From the IMG/VR virus record IMGVR_UViG_3300034069_002149, positions 91,650-143,333 of that record: a stretch of DNA of 51,684 nucleotides. One strand, written 5' to 3'. The notes under the pieces were generated by a model, which was not told the DNA's origin, ran no database searches, and saw only the letters and a program-made list of their open reading frames with translations. Shown in pieces: positions 46,103 to 51,684 of this stretch; positions within the stretch are counted from its first letter, which is position 1, and each line of letters starts with the position of its first letter. This DNA is from a virus. A program made the translations under genes and the position numbers.

Positions 46103-46683
46103 TGAATAAGCTTGAGAACCTTACCGATAAGGCTATCTCCAAGTGGATTCCTGCCAGGGATAGCTTCATCAAGTGGGGACTGTTCACCTGCACGGGCGTC
46201 ATCGTGGCCGGACTGGCGCTGTGCCTGTACTGGATTTTGCTGGATAGGGCGGAGCCGGTCACCGTCAACTACGGGGAGGTCGTTCGCTTCGAGCATCAGG
46301 CCAACGACTCCTGGATCATCATCATCCGGTGGCATGGCGACCGCCACCGCAAGTGCTGGGGCAATTCAAAGCGCTGGGTTGCTGGGGACTTCGTGCTGCC
46401 GCTCCCGGATATTCCGTATCCCCCGGATCGGCCGCACCAGGAACTCGGTCCCTTCACTTGGGAAGTGCCGATTGAGATCCCGTCCTACTATGTCAGCACG
46501 GGACATACCAAGGGTCAGTACAGCATTCGGATCGACTATGCCTGCAATCCGATGCAGGAATACCTCTTTCCAATCGTCGTCACGCCGGAGCCGGTAGAGT
46601 TCGAGATCCCGGTTGACATGCCCATGAAACAGATCCGCACCGGGCGGGCAGAGATTTTTCGTCCGGGTCAGGATGGAAAATGA
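46102..46683 (+). CDS. Single-TM protein with periplasmic Cys-pair domain, paralog 1
   Basis: TGATG coupling; CLYW.LDR..P...RW.G.R.R.C.G.S.RW...YACNP.QE. Confidence 0.75.
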   Translation: MNKLENLTDKAISKWIPARDSFIKWGLFTCTGVIVAGLALCLYWILLDRAEPVTVNYGEVVRFEHQANDSWIIIIRWHGDRHRKCWGNSKRWVAGDFVLPLPDIPYPPDRPHQELGPFTWEVPIEIPSYYVSTGHTKGQYSIRIDYACNPMQEYLFPIVVTPEPVEFEIPVDMPMKQIRTGRAEIFRPGQDGK

Positions 46684-47231
46684 TAGCCCGCCTGAAGAGT
46701 CTGCTGCCCATGCCGAAGCGTGATTCCCTCGTCAAGTGGGGGTTAACGGTCACCACCTCTATCATCATGGTCAGCATGGGACTCTGTCTGTACTGGGTGG
46801 TCGTTGATCGAAAATTGCCGATAGAGGTTCACCGGGGAGAAGTCATCCTCTACCAGAAGCAGATGGATGACTCCTGGGTGTTCGTCGTCAGGTGGACCGG
46901 AACGCTGCGGCGGCGCTGCGGCGGCATCTCCAACCGCTGGATCGTGGATGGCTTCCGGCTGCCGCTGACTGACATTCCCTACCCGGCAGAGCCGGAACCT
47001 GCCCAATTGAACAAGGTGTTCACCTGGGAGGTTCCGGTTCACGTGCCCGCCTACTTCGTCTCGACCGGTCACGACTCAGGCCAGTACCGCGCCCGCTTCC
47101 TGTATGCCTGCAATCCGCTCCAGGAGCGCATCTTTCCCATTGCGGATACTCCCCCGGCTGTGTCGTTCAAGCTTCCAATCGAGAGCCAGCCAGAGACAAG
47201 TCCAGGGCAGAACCTGATACGCCCCCAATAA
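46680..47231 (+). CDS. Single-TM protein with periplasmic Cys-pair domain, paralog 2
   Basis: ATGA coupling; same motifs as paralog 1. Confidence 0.75.
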   Translation: MIARLKSLLPMPKRDSLVKWGLTVTTSIIMVSMGLCLYWVVVDRKLPIEVHRGEVILYQKQMDDSWVFVVRWTGTLRRRCGGISNRWIVDGFRLPLTDIPYPAEPEPAQLNKVFTWEVPVHVPAYFVSTGHDSGQYRARFLYACNPLQERIFPIADTPPAVSFKLPIESQPETSPGQNLIRPQ

Positions 47232-47261
47232 ATCGATCCACTAGAAAGAGGAAAACGTCTT

Positions 47262-47738
47262 ATGAGAGACCTGATCGCAGCGTCGTTCTCAATCTCTGCC
47301 GCGTGTCTGGCGTTGCTGATCATGATCCCGGCAGCGCTGATGTGCTACTGGGCCATGGATCGCAAAATGCCGCTTCAGCACGTGACCGGACGCTTCATCA
47401 TGTGGGAAAGTCTCAACCCGGCAGTGGCGCGTATCCAGTGGTCAGGTCAGAGAAATCGCCTGTGTCTCGGTCAGACGACAAGCTGGATTTTCGTAGATCA
47501 GCCAATCAGTCTTCCTCCCGCCTCCCTGCCACACAGGGATGCCATCGAGCATGACCGGGACGGTGCGGTCAGATGGATGGAGTCTATCCCGATCCCGGAA
47601 GACGCCTTCGGAAATCGGGAAAAGGTCATAACGCTCAATGTCCGCTTCACGTGGTACTGCAACCCGCTCCAGGAATACTGGCCGCTCGAACTCGACGCCT
47701 CCCCGATTGCCCTGCCTATCCCGGATGCCTTGAAGTGA
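47262..47738 (+). CDS. Single-TM protein with periplasmic Cys-pair domain, paralog 3
   Basis: GAGGA RBS; CYWAMDRK.P...W.G.R.R.C.G...W...WYCNPLQE.WP. Confidence 0.75.
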   Translation: MRDLIAASFSISAACLALLIMIPAALMCYWAMDRKMPLQHVTGRFIMWESLNPAVARIQWSGQRNRLCLGQTTSWIFVDQPISLPPASLPHRDAIEHDRDGAVRWMESIPIPEDAFGNREKVITLNVRFTWYCNPLQEYWPLELDASPIALPIPDALK

Positions 47739-47770
47739 CTTCAACTCTAACACTTGTGGGTGTATTGTAA

Positions 47771-48520
47771 ATGACTTATTCTCGCGCTGAGAAAAACAAC
47801 AACCCTCTCAATCTACGCCCATCCGGAGACAAGTGGATCGGAATGAGGGCGGAGCAGACAGACCCCGGTTTCGTCCAGTTCCAGACGACCTTCCATGGCC
47901 TGAGAGCAGCGGCGAAGAACCTGCTGACCTACTACCGGGTTCACAAGCGGGATACCGTGTCTGCTATCGTTAGCGCCTGGGCACCGCCCTCGGACAACAA
48001 CCCGACAGACAACTACATCCTGACTGTCTCCAAGGCGATTGGAGTTGATCCGGAAGGCAAGATCGATCTCAACGACAAGCTCACCCTGCGACGTCTGATG
48101 GACGCCATGATCCGGGTCGAGTGCGGCAGTCAGCCCTACAGCGTCACGGAACTCGAAGCGGCCATCGAAGCCGCCTACGCCACACATCAGGCGGATAAGG
48201 CACCAGCAAAGCCAGCACCGGTTCCAAGTCAGGGACCGACCGTCTCGACTGGCGGCACGCCGCCATTGGTCAACCAACCCAGCGCCATGCCAACCCGCAA
48301 GCTGATGGTTGGCGGTATCGTGGGTGCATGCGCCTTCATGGTCATGGTGATCTGGAACCGGATCTTCCCGGAAAGTCCGCTGACGACAGAGTATGCCACG
48401 GAAATCGCCAGTGCCCTGGTTCTCGCAGTAACTCTGATCACCCAGTACTTCGTGAAAAACAGAGCGACTGATATTCCTCCCGGAGATGTTGAGCAGCCCA
48501 AACCGGATAGGGAGGTATGA
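47771..48520 (+). CDS. Putative endolysin (NNNPxNxR lysozyme-like / PM2 P5-like family) fused to a two-TM holin-like domain
   Basis: RAEKNNNPLNLR...W.G...F..F....G.RA...L..Y...TV..I...WAP..DNN.T..Y...M..VE, then Pro-rich linker and two TM helices. Confidence 0.75.
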   Translation: MTYSRAEKNNNPLNLRPSGDKWIGMRAEQTDPGFVQFQTTFHGLRAAAKNLLTYYRVHKRDTVSAIVSAWAPPSDNNPTDNYILTVSKAIGVDPEGKIDLNDKLTLRRLMDAMIRVECGSQPYSVTELEAAIEAAYATHQADKAPAKPAPVPSQGPTVSTGGTPPLVNQPSAMPTRKLMVGGIVGACAFMVMVIWNRIFPESPLTTEYATEIASALVLAVTLITQYFVKNRATDIPPGDVEQPKPDREV

Positions 48521-48894
48521 TGAAACGGCTTATCGTCACAGCGGCGGTCCTGGTGCTGTTTGGATGCGCCAATCTGCCGTCAGACTTCCCGAACTCTACC
48601 GGAACCAGCACCCAGCCGGAAACCCTCTGGGGGCGCGCTGTGGCCCGCTACAGCGAGCGCCAGCACGCCGCCCTGGAATATGCCATCAAGTGCGATGCCA
48701 AGCTCTCCGCCGCCGTGCTTCCGTGCGACCTTGTGGTGGATGAATTGGCTGACTTCGATGATCTCGGTGCCGCCGTCCAGAACGATGGAGAGCAGGCTCT
48801 TCTGCGTAAGGACCTGCCCCGGCTCAATCAGGCGATCCGGGATCTGGACGCGGTTGGTGATGAAATGGCTCTTGCAATGAGAGAGGCGCAATGA
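48517..48894 (+). CDS. Lipoprotein (putative spanin/outer-membrane lysis component)
   Basis: MKRLIVTAAVLVLFG-C lipobox; GGAGG RBS; directly after the endolysin. Confidence 0.7.
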   Translation: MMKRLIVTAAVLVLFGCANLPSDFPNSTGTSTQPETLWGRAVARYSERQHAALEYAIKCDAKLSAAVLPCDLVVDELADFDDLGAAVQNDGEQALLRKDLPRLNQAIRDLDAVGDEMALAMREAQ

Positions 48895-49163
48895 TCCCCC
48901 TGGTAGCCAGTCTTGTCCTGACCGGCCTGGACCTAGCCGTCCAGGTCGAGCGCAACCGTCACCTTCCCGGCCATGTCCCCTCTGAGCAGTCAGAGCGCGC
49001 GGCAAAAACCGTCGAGCAGTTCCGCCAGCTTCTGGCGAACGCGGTGCGGGAAAACCGCAACATGGCGGATGACGAGATCCAGTTCTGGTTCGACCGTGTC
49101 AATGCGGACAGGAAGGAATTGAGACGTCGCGCCGACGAGAACTTGGCTGGAAAGCAGAACTAA
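48891..49163 (+). CDS. Small protein with hydrophobic N-terminus (putative lysis accessory)
   Basis: ATGA coupling to the lipoprotein; GAGG RBS. Confidence 0.6.
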   Translation: MIPLVASLVLTGLDLAVQVERNRHLPGHVPSEQSERAAKTVEQFRQLLANAVRENRNMADDEIQFWFDRVNADRKELRRRADENLAGKQN

Positions 49164-49193
49164 GACCCTCTATTCCGGCATCAGGGAGCAGGC

Positions 49194-50477
49194 ATGGCCC
49201 TCACCAAAACAACATATCGCATGACGTCCGGGGCCGTTGCCAACGTGCTCGATTACTCCCACCTCGTCACCGGAACGGACTGGAGAGCCGCGATCCAGGC
49301 CGCGTTCGACAGCGGGCCTGGAGAGGTCTGGCTGCCGCAGGGCATCTACCCGGTGTCGTCCACGCTCAATATTCCTATTGGCGTTTCCCTGTGCATGGAA
49401 GAGGGAGCCATCATCAGGGCGACAGCGGCCATGGCCGCGATTGTCCAGACTCCGGTCAATCAGGTCTACGAAAACTGCCTGATAACGGGAGGGACTTACG
49501 ACTGCAACGGCTTGGCAGACTGCGGTATCTGGCTTAGGCTGTTCGCCTATATCAGGGTGACAGATTTGCAGATTCGGGAGAACAAGGTCGATGCTATCCG
49601 CCTTGGGGCCACCACAGCATCAATCTCAAGCTATGAGGCCATTCTCCAGAACATCCGGATCATCAGATCTCTGGTGACAGCGCCTGTCGGAAGTTCTGGC
49701 ATCAAGATTGATAAATGCGGAGACAGTCACTTCTCCGACATTGTTATAATGGGGCAGAAGACAGGCGTGTCTGGTTCGCTCAGCGATAGCAAAATAACAC
49801 GGGTGCATTGTTGGAATGCCTTGGAAAATGGAAACCTGAATATCGGGTTTTCCATGGTCGGTTTTGACACGATCCTGTCCCAGTGTCAGGTGGATGGCCC
49901 GCTGCTCAGTAGTGGGTACTATATCGCCGGTCTGGGAAATCATCTGATCGGCTGCGCCGTCAACTACACGCCGCCGAGCTACGGTGGTGTCGATTTGCAG
50001 GCCGTGGGCGTGTTTGTGGAGACCGGGGCCAACGCCGTTGTTACGGGATGTAACTTCAAGGCACAGAGCGCATCAGCGAGACTGGCGGCTGACATCAGTG
50101 GCAGCTTGGTGAATGCCAGACTGTCAGGCAACACCAGTGTTAACTGCGCCACAGTCGTATCAGACCGCAGCAAGACCGCCGTTCGCGCCTGGGTCACGAT
50201 CAACGGCCTGGGGTCACCGAACATCAGGGCGAGCTATAATGTTTCAAGTGTAACTGATCTCGGTGTCGGCAACTATCAGGTCAACCTGACCAGGGATATG
50301 CTCAACACCGACTTCTGCGTTCAAGTCACTGGGCGCACGGATGGTCTGCCGACCAATGGCATCGTTGGTTACGAGTACGCCCGCACCAATTTCTCCGCCA
50401 GCATCCTGACCTACGATCCCATAACGGCAAGTGCGGCGGAGTCATCCTACTGCAACGTTCTGTTTATGGGGACATGA
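49194..50477 (+). CDS. Beta-helix tailspike/depolymerase with short MALTK N-terminal peptide
   Basis: ANVLDY...DW.AAIQAAFD....V.LP.G.Y; beta-helix coils; C-terminal AWV..NG....RASYNVSSVTD.G.G.Y.VN domain. Confidence 0.85.
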   Translation: MALTKTTYRMTSGAVANVLDYSHLVTGTDWRAAIQAAFDSGPGEVWLPQGIYPVSSTLNIPIGVSLCMEEGAIIRATAAMAAIVQTPVNQVYENCLITGGTYDCNGLADCGIWLRLFAYIRVTDLQIRENKVDAIRLGATTASISSYEAILQNIRIIRSLVTAPVGSSGIKIDKCGDSHFSDIVIMGQKTGVSGSLSDSKITRVHCWNALENGNLNIGFSMVGFDTILSQCQVDGPLLSSGYYIAGLGNHLIGCAVNYTPPSYGGVDLQAVGVFVETGANAVVTGCNFKAQSASARLAADISGSLVNARLSGNTSVNCATVVSDRSKTAVRAWVTINGLGSPNIRASYNVSSVTDLGVGNYQVNLTRDMLNTDFCVQVTGRTDGLPTNGIVGYEYARTNFSASILTYDPITASAAESSYCNVLFMGT

Positions 50478-50989
50478 TGTCAATCCCTCCGGAAGTCCGT
50501 CGCGCGCCAGAGCCGCGCCAAGGCCGCATCTTCGGTCAGTGGGCGGAGCCTACTGAGACTGAGAAGCGAATTGTCTATCAGAATGGCGATGGCATTGCGA
50601 TCATCATACCGGCAGACGGTGTTTCCGTGGAGCAGGCCATGCGTGATGTTCCGGAAGGGGCCTCCTCCGTCATAGTGGACGCTGGAGACATTCCGAGCGA
50701 CCGGACATTTAGAGCGGCCTGGAAGGCAAGCGTCACGGATCAGAAGCCAGGGGTTGCTGTCGATATGCCCAAGGCGAGGAATGTCTGGAGAGATGCCGTC
50801 AGAAGGCGCAGGAAGCCGCTGCTGGAAGCGCTCGACGTTGAATACCAGAAGGCGGACGAAACCGGAAATTCTTCAGAGAAGGCCAAGATAGCCAACAAAA
50901 AGAAGAAGCTCCGGGACGCGACCGATGACCCCAGGATAGAGGCGGCGCAAACCCCGGAGGATCTTAAGCAGATCGACCCTCTGGCCTAG
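50474..50989 (+). CDS. Tail fibre/spike assembly chaperone
   Basis: IIP...DVP.G....IVD..DIPSDRTFR.AW; VDM.KA...R..R..LL..LD....A.E...K..LRD. Confidence 0.75.
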   Translation: MMSIPPEVRRAPEPRQGRIFGQWAEPTETEKRIVYQNGDGIAIIIPADGVSVEQAMRDVPEGASSVIVDAGDIPSDRTFRAAWKASVTDQKPGVAVDMPKARNVWRDAVRRRRKPLLEALDVEYQKADETGNSSEKAKIANKKKKLRDATDDPRIEAAQTPEDLKQIDPLA

Positions 50990-50991
50990 TC

Positions 50992-51684
50992 TCAGCGCCG
51001 TGCAGAACGCGCCGCTTTCACGGTGCGGGAGAATGTGCGGGTGGTGGGTGGAGCCAGCTTGCCAGTTTTTATCGCTTTGTTGTTCTTGGGTGCGTTACCT
51101 CCCGCAGATGGCTCCCGCTCCACCCGCGATGAGTTTTGCCGAAACGGATAGGTTCTGGATACCTTTCTATCGTCAAGTTTCCATACCGAAATATACATAT
51201 CCGCTTTGTCCGACCAGCGCTTCCTGGCCTTGGCAACTTTGCGGACCCGCCGCGCCGCCTTCTCGACAGCGCCTATCACCCGCGCCATGCCGCTGTCACC
51301 AACCGCGTAGAACCACTCCGTCCCGCGCGTCGATCCCTTGAGCCACAGAACCCGGTATCTGTCGAGGAACTGGTGCGCGGCGTACTCAACCGCATAGGGA
51401 TACGGCACATGGTCCATCTTCCAGATGCAGACCGGGTCGCCGCCCATGGTGCAGCGAACCTCCTCCAGCCGCTTGTTGATGTCCCGCCTCTGGGTCACGC
51501 CAACCTTCACGATCCGGGACTCCTCGGGCATGCTGCGGTCCAACATGATGTAGACAGTTCCGGTCATCCACTCCCCGAGCCTGACACGCGGCCTGAACCT
51601 CCGCACCACGCGCCAGACCTGCCGCCACAACCATACCACGACGGAGAACATCAAAAAAATCATAACCAGTTGCTCTGTGGTCAT
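50992..51684 (-). CDS. T5orf172/GIY-YIG-type nuclease domain protein with N-terminal hydrophobic helix
   Basis: GTVYIM.......IVKVGVT.....KRL...E..AH..L...R......EWF; start lies exactly at the window edge. Confidence 0.8.
   Translation of the reverse strand: MTTEQLVMIFLMFSVVVWLWRQVWRVVRRFRPRVRLGEWMTGTVYIMLDRSMPEESRIVKVGVTQRRDINKRLEEVRCTMGGDPVCIWKMDHVPYPYAVEYAAHQFLDRYRVLWLKGSTRGTEWFYAVGDSGMARVIGAVEKAARRVRKVAKARKRWSDKADMYISVWKLDDRKVSRTYPFRQNSSRVEREPSAGGNAPKNNKAIKTGKLAPPTTRTFSRTVKAARSARR

Larger units (their letters stand above)
1..51684 (+). mobile_element. Tailed phage/prophage morphogenesis and lysis region (siphovirus-type, lambda-like tail tip)
   Basis: Continuous co-oriented run of fibre, neck, tail tube, chaperone, tape measure, M/L/K/I/J-like and lysis genes; no host housekeeping genes; no sheath gene. 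Confidence 0.97.

Noticed and set aside
46102-47738. Diversity-generating retroelement (TR/VR pair) among duplicated genes
   Set aside because: No reverse transcriptase in the window; paralogs differ at all base types, not only at adenines
1-51684. Genome-wide TAG reassignment (alternative genetic code)
   Set aside because: Several well-defined genes (gpL, chaperone G, HNH, adaptor) end correctly at TAG; only the 40985 TAG is followed by an in-frame continuation of the same domain
1-51684. Gene transfer agent, tailocin or contractile injection system
   Set aside because: No sheath or wedge genes; very long TMP, lambda-type M/L/K/I/J set, homing endonucleases and many accessory ORFs fit a large siphophage

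Overview
The whole window (GC-rich, roughly 60%) is the late or morphogenesis region of a large long-tailed (siphovirus-type) phage or prophage, probably of an alphaproteobacterial host (inferred). Almost all genes are on the + strand. Gene order: (1) a ~14 kb block of accessory fibre, adhesin and adaptor genes (LamG, beta-helix, RIFT-barrel/toroid, BppU-like and fibre-adaptor proteins); (2) neck genes, an HNH endonuclease, tail tube, G/GT chaperones and a 1739-aa tape measure protein; (3) a lambda-like M-L-K-I-J tail tip, interrupted by a second, inverted HNH gene and an origin-like intergenic region; (4) a second fibre block with a head-spike-fibre/Calx-beta protein and two PL1 pectate-lyase-like proteins; (5) an unusual lysis cassette; (6) a MALTK-type tailspike with its chaperone and a convergent T5orf172-type nuclease. 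The most striking signal is a candidate modular peptide-tag/adaptor system for building a branched array of glycan-binding and glycan-degrading appendages. Its parts are FxxxFxxxF tags in three proteins, an LLL-x3 tag, a MALTK tag with gp10-like docks, a shared C-terminal adaptor domain, a scaffold of 13 exact 24-aa repeats, and a LamG domain split across two in-frame genes. All family assignments come from motif recognition by eye, not from database searches.
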